From assembly GCF_025526975.1 (NCBI RefSeq), contig NW_026515682.1, positions 558,001 to 622,000 of the forward strand: a stretch of 64,000 nucleotides of DNA. The letters are read 5' to 3'. This DNA comes from Fimicolochytrium jonesii. Taxonomy: Eukaryota. Each line of letters starts with the position of its first letter. Within the stretch, counting starts at the first letter, position 1. Positions 34,801 through 47,400 of the stretch are shown here, piece by piece. The notes under the pieces are model-generated. The model saw only the letters and a program-made list of their open reading frames with translations, did no database searches and had not been told where the DNA came from. The translations under genes were made by a program, and so were the position numbers.

Positions 34801-37800
34801 CTTACCTGCACAACCTCTATTCGCATTCAGTTGCATCCCCGGACGCTAAATCGCGCTCCGAATTCCTTACCGGTCGCCGCCCAAGCATCGCGCATCTGCG
34901 CAAGCTCGGATGTCTCACGTACACTGTTGTTTCACCCAAGGGCCGGGACAAGATGGCAAATCGTGCTACCAAGACGTACCTGGTGGGCTATGCTCACGAA
35001 CAAGGCACCAAAGGTTATTATGTCTGGGATCCAGTACACGACACCGTCGCCGTCTCCTGTGACGTTCGTTTCGACGAATCTACTGGACTCCCTGAGCACC
35101 TTCGTCAAGATCCTGCTCTCCTAGACCTTCTAGAAGATGCTCCTACCTCGCAAGAGGAGTTCCCTATCGAACACATCCTTTCCGAATGTCAGCGCCGTGG
35201 CAAGAACATCCAAAAGGAATACCTCGTCAAGTGGGTTGGTTTTACTCCCCCCACCTGGCAACCACGCTCTGATCTCATTGAGACTGAAGCGTTGGACATC
35301 TGGGAGTCTTGTCCAGACGCTTTCAACGCCCGAACCATTGAAGCCCTCTCAAACGCCTTCAACAAGCGTACCGAAGACACGCCTCAATCCGTCACTATGA
35401 CCTGGCGACAAGCAATGGCCTCCCCTCAATCAGCTGACTTCAAGCTCGCAGCTGATAAAGAGTTCCAAGCCCTAGTTGATAACGGGACTTGGGAGCTCGT
35501 ACCCCGTCTGCGCAATCAGCACGTACTCGGTAGTACTTGGGTACTTCGTCAAATCTTCAATCCGGACGGTTTTTTCAAGAAATTCAAGGGCCGCGGTGTA
35601 GTTCAAGGTTTTTGTCAGTCCAAGGGTATTGATTATAACGACACCTACACCCGAACCCAACCCATGTCAGTTCTTCGCCTTTTCCTCTCCATTGCCGTCT
35701 CTCTTGATATGGAAATCCATCAACTCGACGTCCCCAACGCGTTCTTACGCAGGGATATCGACGGACCTGTCTATGTTGAACAATTTCAAGGCTACGAAGA
35801 TCTGCACAAGCCGCGCGCAGACTGGGTATACCTACGCCGTGCGCCGTCTCTGCGCGTACCCGATCAGCCTCCGCATGCCCTCCTTTTTATAGCAAGCTTC
35901 TCTACCAGGAAGCAGTGGGGGCCCTCACATGGGATCCATTACCTGGCACTGCGATATTTCAACTGCCGTCGGCTTCGTCGCACGTCAGGTCTCAGCTCCT
36001 ACCCAAGCCGACTGGAATGACGTACTTCGCATCATGCGCTACCTGAAAGGTACCCGCACCTTCGAGCTTACCTACAAGTCCGGTCATTCAGATTAAGCTG
36101 GACTTCGCGTCTATACAGACGCATCCTACGCAGACGATGTCAACGACCGCAAGTCTACCGCGGGCATCGCCAGCTTCTTCAACGGCCAGCTTATCTACTC
36201 AAAAAGCACCAAGCAGAAGTGCGTAACTCTCAGTTCCACGGGAGCTGAGTCTATCGCCGCAGCCCTCGGTTACAACGAGGTCATCTGGCCCCGCTCAATC
36301 ATCGCGGAGGTCTTCGGCAACGAATACGGCAACATCAAGGACCCCATGCCATTCCACATTGACAGACAGAGCGCCCGCGAGATTGCCAACTCCACGGCTA
36401 TTACTCAACGCTCCAAACACTTCGACGTACGCTACCACAAGGTACGCGACGGCGTGGCGAAGAAAGACGTCGTACTCCTCAACACCGCGACGCAGGAACA
36501 ACTGGCTGATTACTTTACCAAGCCCTTTCCTCCCGAGGTGCATATAAAATCTATTCAAGCGATTCAAGAAGGACGTGTCGCTAGCAATAGACAGCCGGCG
36601 ACGACTACGTCCGAATGAGACATACAGAACACCCATACCGGGACGGCTTCTGGGCACTATATACGACTTCGGCACCTTAACCGGCCATCGTGATAGCCGC
36701 CGCTGCCCCGGCAACGGGGGCTCCACCGGCTCCGGCTCCGCCTCCACCAGGCGGACCCCCTGGACCACCTCCCCCGCCGTTTCCATCACCGTCTCCGTCA
36801 TCACTCGAAGACGAATCATCCATGTGCTTTCGCAAGTACTGGAGTTGCTTCATCATCTTGTCTCGCTCCCGTCTCTTGACCGCATCACTGCGGCGCTTCG
36901 CCTCTTTCATCTTTTCTTTTGATATGCTGCCTTTTCCTTTATATCGCGACTCCGATACTGCATTACATCCCAGGTAGTCTGCCTCCTCCATCAATGCCTC
37001 GAATGACCCCTCCTTTCGCTTCGATCGATCCAGTTTCGCCTTCGTAAAGGCCAGGTGCTTTGCGAGGTTCTCATGGTTATCCTTGCGGTACCTCAACGTC
37101 GACACCTCCGTTGCCAATTGAAGAGCTTCTCTCACTCGGGCTTTCGACATCGAAGAGTCGCTTGCGGACGCTGTGGATGAAGCGCGCGTAGAGCGCGTAG
37201 TCGGTCGTGAGGGTCCCAGCGGAGGTGCAGCTGGAGGGGCTGCTGGCGTCACCGTCTCACAGGCTGTTTGCTTCTTCTTGCCGTCACCACTCTTCTTGCC
37301 GTTCCCGCCGTTCTTGCCTCCGTTTGCCATTGTTTTGCGTATTGTGTGGTAGTCTGGGATACGGTAGTTGAGTATGGGAACGTTGGTCTTACCTCTCTGG
37401 GGCGACTGACAGCTGTCTCTTGTTTAATACTCGAGGCGTTTCCCTCTTCTTTCATTTTACTCTTTCATTTCTTTCGTTTTTAGTCATAGCTATTCACCCG
37501 ACGTCCGCCCGCTTTTCGCGTACGGGCGCACCATTGTACTCATTGTTTAAATTGATCTTTCACTTAGATAGACTCGTGAGTTTGAGTGGAGGTGTTGGAG
37601 GTATCATCCTCCCAAGTCCCCGGTTAGGGTTCCCATAGTTTATTTCCTCACGTGACTCCCCTCCTGCTTACGCCACGCTTCCGCATACGGGACTTCACTG
37701 TTTTCTTCCCCTTCAGACCTCGCGTCCTCTTTCTACTTCAGACTTCCATACATACTTCACAGTACTACATCTCACACAACATAGAGTTCGCCCAGTCATC

Positions 37801-37827
37801 TGCTTCCTCTGCCAACTACTGCTAAGT
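31870..37827 (+). mobile_element. Ty1/copia copy B with integrase chromodomain and antisense ORF
   Basis: Partial 5' LTR to 31962; PBS GGTTATGAGCCC; gag-PR 32052-34226 (CKYCQRDGHKSENC, VDSGCTNHM). INT precedes RT (HSDLQGP, QQNGKAERLNRTL, LDVPNAFL); RT core deleted near 35830; RNaseH to 36618; 3' LTR 37593-37827. Confidence 0.93.
36677..37330 (-). CDS. Antisense accessory ORF inside copia (217 aa, basic/low-complexity, unknown function)
   Basis: Uninterrupted ATG-started ORF between the pol stop and the 3' LTR. K/R-rich helical core, acidic/Gly tail. Confidence 0.55.
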   Translation of the reverse strand: MANGGKNGGNGKKSGDGKKKQTACETVTPAAPPAAPPLGPSRPTTRSTRASSTASASDSSMSKARVREALQLATEVSTLRYRKDNHENLAKHLAFTKAKLDRSKRKEGSFEALMEEADYLGCNAVSESRYKGKGSISKEKMKEAKRRSDAVKRRERDKMMKQLQYLRKHMDDSSSSDDGDGDGNGGGGGPGGPPGGGGAGAGGAPVAGAAAAITMAG

Positions 37828-38279
37828 GAAGGTCCCATCCGGCTACAGATCATTCATGGCCCTCAGCCAACCGTGCTCTCTTGCGTCGCAGAGCCTCAGT
37901 TTCCCTTAGAGCGCTTCCGCTTTCGCTTATCTGTAACGGATTCTACTTCACCATGGACCAAGATGAAGTCGTCTAACGCAGCGCAGTCTTTCACTCGCTC
38001 GTGCGTTTCCCATGTAGTCTGCTCAGGTGGGTAACCCACCCACTGAGCAGGATACTCAGGTTTTCCATGGACCAACCTACGTCCGATAATCTTATCGACA
38101 TAGTATTCTTCCTTGGCTTCCACTTGGACGGGCCCTGGGTTAGAGTCCTCTACATCGTCGATGGGCAGTGGATCTGAAATTGGCTCGTGCCATGGCTTCA
38201 AGATATCCGTATGGAAGACCGGGTATAAAACGCCCATTAAAACTGGCAGCTGTAACTCCTATGTTTCCGGGTGTGGTCC
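37828..38279 (-). mobile_element. Gypsy family D 3' fragment (integrase end + chromodomain)
   Basis: YPVFHTDILKPW...EEYYVDKIIGRR...QWVGYPPEQTTWE; homologous to 55200-55351 and 61233-61301. Confidence 0.85.
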
Positions 38280-41200
38280 TATTGAAACCTTAGCTGATAT
38301 AGGTGTATCTGAGAGGTCACTAAGACTGGTTTGCCGATGACTGAGGGACGTAGCTGCCCAAAGGGCAGTGTTGTGATGTGGAAGACAGTAGTGTGGCGAG
38401 AGTAGTGTGATAGAAAGTAGTGTATTGAAAAGGATAACGTGAAGAGGGGGGATGGGCAACAGGTCTGCCTTTTATACGAATCTGGGGCTTCTTTCTTGGG
38501 GATTTAGCTATGTGCTGGGGCGTCCGAAGCACCCTCAGAGGACCCCTCAGAACGCCCAAGGCGTCTCTGAGTGCCGCAATTAAGGTTGGTAAGGTTTTGC
38601 GAAGTCTGTGTAGCCTGCTGATGCCCCCATGGACGTCTGCCAAGTCCGCGAAGCCCGCGTCAGGTGCTACAGGCTTCCACAAGCTCAATGAAACCCAATC
38701 TAGCTACTGCAACCCGATCACAACTCCATACGGGCACTACCGACCGCCGTGAGCTCTAAGAACATCACGAAAGCGCAGAGCTGACGCCTGGATGTCGGGG
38801 AAACGGTCCAGACATCTTCAGACGCGTCCTAAGTCTTGCAGAGCCTTCCAAGTGCCGCATCTTGATGCTATCTCAATACTCCCTCTCATTTGAAGGCTCT
38901 GCAGCCTCTAAGTGCATCGCAACTCTCAGACGTGTGAAGTCTGGCATGGGGAGGGGCTTGGTGAGCGCATCAGCTATCATCTCCTTTGTTGGGCAGTACT
39001 GGAGGGTAACTGTCTTGTGGGCAACCTGTTCACGAATGAAGTGGTATCGGATGTCGATGTGCTTGGTTCGTGCATGGTGAACTGGGTTTGTGGCGAGTGC
39101 CATAGCTCCTTGGTTGTCTTCCCAGATGACTGTGGGGCCTTGGACGAGTCCTGCCTTGTCGTGGTGCGTGCTCAGTTCTCTGAGTAGAGATCTGAGCCAC
39201 ATGGCTTCTTTACAGGCGTCTGTAAGTGCCATGTATTCGCCTTCGGTGGAGGAGAGTGCTGTAGTGCGTTGTCCTCGTGATTTCCACCTTACTGGACCGC
39301 CGAAGATGAAGAGGTATCCTGTGGTCGATCTTCGAGTGTCTGGGCAGCCTCCCCAGTCTGAGTCTGACCATCCCACGAGTTTGGGGGTTCCTTGGACGGC
39401 TCCCAGTCGAAGTTGGTAGTGTTTGGTCGTCTTGAGATACGCCAGAATGCGTTGGGCAGCTTTCTAATGTCCTTTGCCTGGATTGGCTAAGAACTGACTC
39501 ACAGCTCCAACTGCTTGGGCTATGTCTGGTCTTGTGCCGATCATTGCGTAGGTCAGACTGCCTACAATGGCTCGATAGGGCTTGTTCTGCATATCTGCAG
39601 TGTCTTCAGGCGTTTGAGGTGCCATTTCCTTCGTGAGAGAGCTTCCCACGACGCTGGGAGTTGATACAGGCTTGCAATCGGTCATCCCATATGTTTCAAG
39701 GCATTCTTCGATGTACCCAGTTATTGAGCGTCAGGAGTCGTTTGGCTCGGTCTCGAGTGACTAGGAGACCCAGGAAGTAGTGCAGGGCACCTAGATCACG
39801 CATTTCGTACGCCTTCTGAAGTTCCTTGGCCTTGAAGCCGTCAGGATCGAGTCTCTTGTTGCTCATAAGTATGAGATCGTCCACATAGAGGATCAGGATG
39901 AGTAGCGAGCCCTCAAGGAACCTGATATAGACGCAATGGTCTGAATCAAGACGAGTGCAGCCTTTCTCAACGAGAGTGCCGTGGATTTCGATGTTCCATT
40001 CCCTAGGGGCTTGTTTAAGACCATAGAGTGTCTTCTTGAGTTGAAGCACGAGATGCTCTTCTCCTGGCATGATGTAGCCCGGTGGCTGCTTCATATAGAT
40101 CTCCTCACTGAGTGTCGGGTTCAGGAACGCAGTGGACACGTCCATTTGGTCCATTTTGAGGTCCTGAGCTGCTCCCCACGACAGGAGTAGCCAAATGGTG
40201 TCAAACTTGGCCACGGGTGCGAACGTTTCATTGTAGTCAACTCCCTCTTCTTGTGAGAAGCCTTGGGCGACTAGTCTGGCCTTGTAGCGTTCGATACTGC
40301 CAGCAGCATTCGTCTCGACCTTGTAAATCCACTTGCAGCCGATAAGGTTGCGATCTTTGGGTGCTCGACAGAGCTCCCAGGTGCCGTTCTTGACGAGGGA
40401 TGCGTATTCAGCATCCATGGCTTCCTTCCACTTGGCTGAGTCGTTCAACTTTAAAGCTTGCTTGAGGGTTTTGGGCTCTGTGCGCAGTACTTCGGTACCA
40501 GGGCATAGGCAAGGTTGCTTTGGCGTACTCGAGTGCTCTGGGAGCGTATGATGCGTCCGTAATGCACCAAATCGTCATCTTCCTGGTCTTCCTGGTCGTC
40601 TAGGTCCTCTGGGGCCTCTGCCCATTGATCAGTGTCAGGTTGTGAGTTGGGAGATGCGTCAAGGAGCTCAGAATCCCCTCCTGCAGCGTGCGGGCGTAAT
40701 TCGGTAGTGTCTGTGGGCTTGGGTGCGGGTGAAACGATGTTGTCAGGCTCAGGATCGAATTCAAAGCTAGCTAAGCTGTCATAGGAGCGATCTGAGGCAC
40801 TTCTTGGCTTTGTTGTCCAGTTTTCCTCGGTTTTTCATGAGTACCATAGCATAGGCTATGCATCCAAACACTCTGAGATGAAGGAGGAAGGGTTTGCGAC
40901 CGAAGAAGGCTTCGTATGGCGTCTTGGGGTTGTCTTGGGCAACCATAGGCAGCGATTTCTAATGTGGACAGCTGCAAGCAGCGCTTCTCCCCAGTACTTG
41001 TGTCCAAGACCAGCCTGGGTGAGTAGGCAGCGTGCCATTTCGACTAGAGTTCGATTCATATGTTCCGCTACTCCGTTCTGCTGTGGGGTGGCGGTAGCAG
41101 CGCACTGGTGTTGGATTCCAGCCTTTCTGAGTGCGACGGCGAATTGGATGGATTCATATTCGCCTCCTTTGTCCGATCTGAGGACTTTAATTGATTTCCC

Positions 41201-43620
41201 AGTCTGTTTCTCCATAAGGGCCTTGTATTCCTCCCAGGTATCAAAGGTATCGCTTTTCTTGCGTAGGAGCTTGACCCAGACGATTCTGGACTTGTCATCA
41301 ATCCATGATGCGAAGTAGGTACATCCCCCAAAGGTAGACGTCCTCATGGGGCCACAGAGGTCAGTGTGGACGAGTGCCAGGACTTCTGTGGCTCGGGTCG
41401 CTTGCTTCTTCGGGAAGGGAGCTCTGGACTGCTTGGAGAGCGTGCAGACTTCGCAGATGTGGCCATCAGGGTGTCCGGTGACCCTGATGTCGCGTTGGTA
41501 GCGCTTCTGGACGTCTTGGGCATTCAGATGACCGAGTCTCTGATGCCAGATATGAAAGGGTGTGCTACAAAGTGCTCTCGCTGAGTAGGCGTGTTCACGG
41601 GTAGCCTGGGCTGTCATGGTGTACAGGCCGTTGTCCTTGAGAGCTCTGAAGGCGAGAGCGCCGTCCCTGGTCTTGATTGTGCATTCTGCACTCGAAACCT
41701 TGACTTGTGCTCCGTTCTCAGTCAGCTGGGCTACTGAGATGAGGTTCTTTTCCAGTTTGGGAACAAACCAGACGTTTCGAAGGGTGCCAGCATGCTCCCA
41801 TTGTGTTCTGATCGAGATGGAGCCTGTTCTGATGGCTAGAGCTGACCGGTTGTCAGCTAGCTGAACCTGGATCTCGGTTTCCAGCGTCTTGTAGTCCTCG
41901 AGCCATTCCCTGACGTGTGTCATGTGTGAGGAGGCTCCTGAGTCGATAATCCAGCACCCTTGGCTGATTTTCGTGCGTTTCATAGCTGCCATGAAGGGAA
42001 ACCCGGTTCCCTGGCTGGCCTGGTGTTCGGCTTGATTCGCATTGTTGGCTTGAGCTAGCTCTCGTCTGAGCTTCTTGCACTCTTTCTTCCAATGCTCTTC
42101 AATACCACAGTGATGGCACTTTCCCTTCTTCCTGGCGAACCTGGCTGAACCCCCAGCCTCCTGCTGCTGTCCTCCGTCCCCAACGAAGGCGTTTCCAGTC
42201 GATCTGACTGGTTTCGAGTTCTCCTTGCGCCTAGCTTCTTCGTTCAGAAGTCTGGCCATCAAAAACCCCATGTCTAAGCCGTTGGCCCTGCTTTCAAGGC
42301 TCGTGATGACTTGTTCATAGCTGTTGGGTAAGCTGTATATCAAGGTCGTCATGATATCGTCTTTGGGTACTGGTGCGCCGATAGCCTCCAGCTGTTGGGC
42401 GAGCTGTCTGACTTTGTTGATGTGGTCTGTGATCGAGTCAGACTCATTCATAGTGATGGTAAGGAGCTTTCGACGTAGGAAGAGCTTGCTGGCGAGCCCC
42501 TTTCGTTTGTGCACCTCAGCTAGCTTAGACCAGGCTTCCCAAGCTGTCTGAGCTGTATGCACATGCATAAGCTGCGTGTCGTTCAGACTGAGGCAGATGT
42601 ATGCCAGAACCCTCTCGTCCTGACTCCTCGTCCTCCCCTTCAGCCCCCTTTCCCTGCGACGAGCTTGCTGTAGCCGTAGCTCCTTCCTTCTCCCTCTTCC
42701 CAGCTTCCACTGCTACCCAAAGTCCCTTCGCCTTCAACATCATCATCATCCGAAACTTCCATAGATGGTAGTTCTCCCCTGTGAACTTATCCACCATAAG
42801 TTTCGAAGTCTCTGAGTCTCCAGCCATTGTGTGTTCGAGCTAAAGTCGTCTGTTTCGGGTGTGTGGACGCGTTTTTGGATGTCAAGTAGTGCGTATCTTG
42901 TCGAGTTGAGCACTTTGGCGCGTTTTTCGGTCGGACGCTCGTGATTTTGGAGGGATGTGTCAAGAGTAGGGCGTAGGTAGCGTCCGTAGGGGGTTGGGAA
43001 CGTCTCGAATGGGATTGGCGAAGACGGTTTTAGTGATGATAAAGCTCAGGGCTCATAACCTGTTGAAACCTTAGCTGATATAGGTGTATCTGAGAGGTCA
43101 CTAAGACTGGTTCTCCGATGACTGAGGGACGTGGCTGCCCAAAGGGCAGTGTTGTGATGTGGAAGACAGTAGGGTGGCGAGAGTAGTGCGATAGGAAGTA
43201 GTGTACTGAAGAGGATAACGTGAAGAGGGGGGATGGGCAACAGGTCTGCCTTTTATACAAATCTGGGGCTTCTTTCTTGGGGATTCAGCTATGTGCTGGG
43301 GCGTCCAAAACACCCTCTGAGACCCCCTCAGAACGCCCAAGGCGTCTCTGAGTGCCGCAGTTAAGGTTGGTAAGGTTTCGCCAAGTCTTCGTAGCCTGCT
43401 GATGCCCCATGGAATTCTGCCAAGGCTACAGGCTTCCACAAGGTGAATAAAACCCAATCTAGCTACTACAACCCGATCACAGCTCCATACGGGCACTACT
43501 GACCGCTATGAGCTCCAAGAACATCATGGAATGGCAGTGCTGGCGCCTAGATGTCTGGGAAACGGTCCAGACATCTTCAGAGTCTCCCAAGATGCGTCCT
43601 AAGTCTTGCAGAGCCTGGAA
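38280..43620 (-). mobile_element. Ty1/copia family H element, degenerate
   Basis: 3' LTR 38280-38878; 5' LTR 43061-~43616 (truncated); PBS GGTTATGAGCCC at 43049-43060. gag from 42827; WIIDSGASSHM; INT; RT YGLKQ/LYVDDL; RNaseH TKHIDIRYHF; several frameshifts. Confidence 0.93.
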
Positions 43621-44411
43621 GTACAGCATACTCGCTGGAAGTACAGCAACGTCCGTATCGTACCGCTTGTTGTTAAGAAAATCCATAGTCCCACGCGGAT
43701 TCCTCCGGCGTCCATCCTACCATCCATCCATCCATCCATCTATCTATCCATCCACCGGCCTTCCAAGGTTTACACAAGATCTTTCTCAGCTGGCCCGCTC
43801 GTACACGCTTCCACGATGTCCGCTTTTCCTTCTTCGTTCGGTGACAACGGTGGCGCTTGGCGCGAGCCCCTTCAGGTCATTAGTGATTTGCATGACCCCC
43901 GCAAGGATCCCACGGCTCATAGCGAGTCCGACAGCGAACATTCCGCATGCGCTTGTGGTTCCGACGCTTCCCGCGCTCGTATCTATGTTTATCTTGCCGC
44001 TGGCGGCATCGATTACAACGGCTTTGGTGTTGCGCTGTATGGACCTTTCACGCACTTGGATGCGGAAATCGCGTTCGGCTTCTTGCGCTTCTGTATTGAG
44101 ATGGGGCTGAACTTTGATACCGTTTGCAAAGGTTTGGCCGGAAACACTCTCGAACGCACGACCGCCACCGCTTTGCGTTTGCGCTACGCTATCGACGCCA
44201 ACCCCTCTCGGTTTGCTTTGCGCGAACTCGGTGATATCACCCGCGTTGCGATCCAATCGCGTTCTGCGCGCAATCGATACCATGCCAGACCCAATCGTCA
44301 GCGTACTACGGGTCGTCTCCCGCCGGTTCATGCTGGTGCTTCTCGTCCTGGTGCTGATGCCGATTTACGTCCTCAGAGTACTCCTATCAACCCGTCACCG
44401 CAGGAGATGAT
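43621..44411 (+). mobile_element. Fragment of element F (5' UTR + gag N-terminus)
   Basis: Near-identical inverted copy of ~27875-28660, including the (ATCC)n microsatellite. Confidence 0.9.
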
Positions 44412-47400
44412 TGTTATGATCTCGACGACGGGGGCGGAAGCGAAGTAGAGAAGACAGGGTGAGTGTGATAGGCGACAAGAGATTGTATTGGCGAAACAAG
44501 AACCAAGGACTAGAACAGGAGATGAGAAGAACTGGTGTTGATCTGCTGGGGAGGAAAGGAATGGACGAAGAGAGGCCGGCTATTTATAGATAGGCAACCC
44601 AGCAGATCAGAGAACAACAACAACCAGAGGGGACTGGGGGGGCGCCAGCTTTGCTCCGAGAGCGTGCGTGGCGAGCGTAGAGAGCATTGCTACAGCTGCT
44701 GGCTATGGAGAAGTAGTGGGGGATGTGGAGAAGCCGAGGGGGGATTGGCGAAATGAGAGGAGAGAGGAGGAGCGGCGATATTGCGGGAGGATTGGCAAAA
44801 TGAGAGGAGAGAGGGGGAGTGGCGATATTGCAAGAGGATTGGCGAAATGAGAGGAGAGAGGGGGAGTGGCGATATTGCAAGAGGATTGGCGAAATGAGAG
44901 GAGAGAGGGGGAGTGGCATTGACATTGACATTGACACTGACGTTGACATTGACATTGGCGTTGACACTGACATTGACACTGACATTGACATTGACATTGT
45001 GCGTTTGACATTTGGCGGTTGACATTGGCGGCTGTCAGTAGGTAAGCTTATGGTATGGGCGCGTCGTCCATAACATCACCCCTCTTTTTAGCGGCGGTGG
45101 CGGCGGCGTCGGGTTTGGTGTGGCCGCAGAGGAGGTGCTACGGGGACAGAGGAAGGCTTGTTGGGGTACGCGCTGTAGAAGTCCTGGAGGAGTGCGTCTG
45201 TATGGGTGAGGTGTTCCACGGGCTCCCAGGTGTTCTCGGAGTCAGGCCAGCCCTGCCATTTGACCAAGTACTGAAGGCGACGACAATGGATGCGAGAGTC
45301 AAGGATGGCTTCGACAGCCCACTCTTCTTAACCCTCAACGGTCTCTGGGGGCGCGGGTTCGGGTTCGTGTCCTTCGGGGATGGTGAAGCGGGGTTCGAGG
45401 AGCGAGCGTGGAAGACATCGTGGATTTTGTACGTAGGCGGGAGCTTGAGCCGGTAGGCGACGGGATTGATTTTTTCAATGATGGGGAATGGCCCAATCTT
45501 GCGATGGTCGAGTCCCTGAGAGGGCCGGGTTGTCTGGAGGTTTTTGCGGAGGAGCCAGACGTGGTCGCCAGGCTTGAAGTCTGGTCCAGGAATTCGCTTA
45601 GCGTCGGCATAGCGCTTCATTCGGTCTTGGACTTCCTTGAGCTTGAGGGCGAGCTGTTTATGGACTTCCCTGATTTGTTTAGCGCGGGCTTCAGCGGCGG
45701 GGTTGACGGATTCGGAGGTAGCAGAGGCCGCGAAACTGAAGCGGGGGTGGAGACCCTTGTTGGCGTAGAAGGGGGTGGTCTGGGAGGCGGACTGGTGGGT
45801 GTTGTTGTAGGCGAACTCGGCGGACGACAGAAGCTGTTTCCAGTTGTCCTGTTGGTGGTTGCAAAAGCATCGGAGATACTGTTCCAGGATCTGGTTGGTG
45901 CGTTCCGTCTGGCCATCGCTCTGGGGGTGGAAGGCCGAGGAGAGGTTGGCTTTTGCCCCAAGGAGTTCGAGAAGTCGACGCCAGAACCGGGACTTAAACT
46001 GGGGTCCTCGGTCAGAGATGACGTCGTCGGGGAGGCCGTGGAGACGGATGATGTTGTGGAAGACTAGGTCGGCGGTGGATTCGGCGGATTCTGACTTGCT
46101 GCAGGCGATGAAGTGGGCCATCTTGGTGAGGCGACAGTTGACGTTCAGGATGGAGTCGTACCCGTCCACGGGAGGCAGACCGGTGATAAAGTCCAGGGAC
46201 CAAGATCCTCAAGGGCGGGTAGGGATACTGTTGGGTTGGAGTAGGCCGTAAGGTTTGTGTTGACTCGATTTCGCTTGGCGGGTGTCCAGACGTACGGGAT
46301 GTCTTTCCGGGTCAGGGCTGTGAGCGGGGTAGCGATCTTGGAATAACCTTGGATGAATCGGCGATAGAAGTTGGCAAAGGTGAGGAACCGCTGGACGCCT
46401 TTGACCGTCTTGGGAGGTTCCCAATCCGTGATGGCAGCGATCTTCTTGGGGTCCATCTGGATGCCTTTCTCAGAGATGATGAAGCCTAGGAACTCAACGG
46501 ATTCGCGGTTGAATTCGCACTTCTCTGGTTTGGCGTACAACCCATGCTGTCGGAGGCGGGACAAGACTTCGCGGACATGTTTGGGGTGATCTTCGGGGTT
46601 CTTGGAGAATATCAGGATATCGTCAAGGTAGACGACAACAAACACATCGAGAATGTCGCAGAAGATGTCGTTCATCAGGTACTGGAAGACGCCAGGAGCA
46701 TTGCTGAGTCCAAAGGGCATGACATTGTATTCGAATAGACCGTAGCGGCAGCGGAAGGCGGTCTTCCATTCATCGCCCGGGCGCATGCGTAAGAGGTTAT
46801 AAGCGCCGCGGAGGTCGATCTTGGTGAGACGGCGGGCGCCGCGCAAACGATCCATGATACCGTTGATCAGGGGCAGGGGGGTAGCGATTCTTCACCGTGA
46901 TGCTGTTCAGGCCTCGATAATCGACGCAGAGGCGGAGAGAACCGTCCTTTTTCTTCACGAATAAGACTGGCGCACCGGCAGGGGACTTTGAGGGTTTGAT
47001 GAATCCTTTGGCGAGGTTTTCTTCGAGGTATTCACAGAGTGCTTTCATTTCTGGTTCGCTGAGGCTGTAGATCAGGCCGAAAGGTGGCTGTTTGCCTTCC
47101 TCCAGATGGATAGGACAGTCATAGGGCCGGTGATCGGGGAGAGTGTCAGCATTTTTCTTTTCGAAAACGTCAGCGAAGTCTTGATACTCGGGGGGCAGGA
47201 AGTCTTTGATGTCTTTCTCGGGTGTCGGGGGGTTACTGGGGCTAGGCGAGGCCGGGAGATCGGGTTTCGCAGGGTTTGCGTAGGCGACAAAGACCTGGTC
47301 ATGCCTTGCTGCGACCCGGAAGGCTGGGGCGGAGACGAACGAGACTCGGAGCGGCGTGGGAGCCGGTTCTGGGGTGCTGGAGCGAGATACCTTGGGTACT

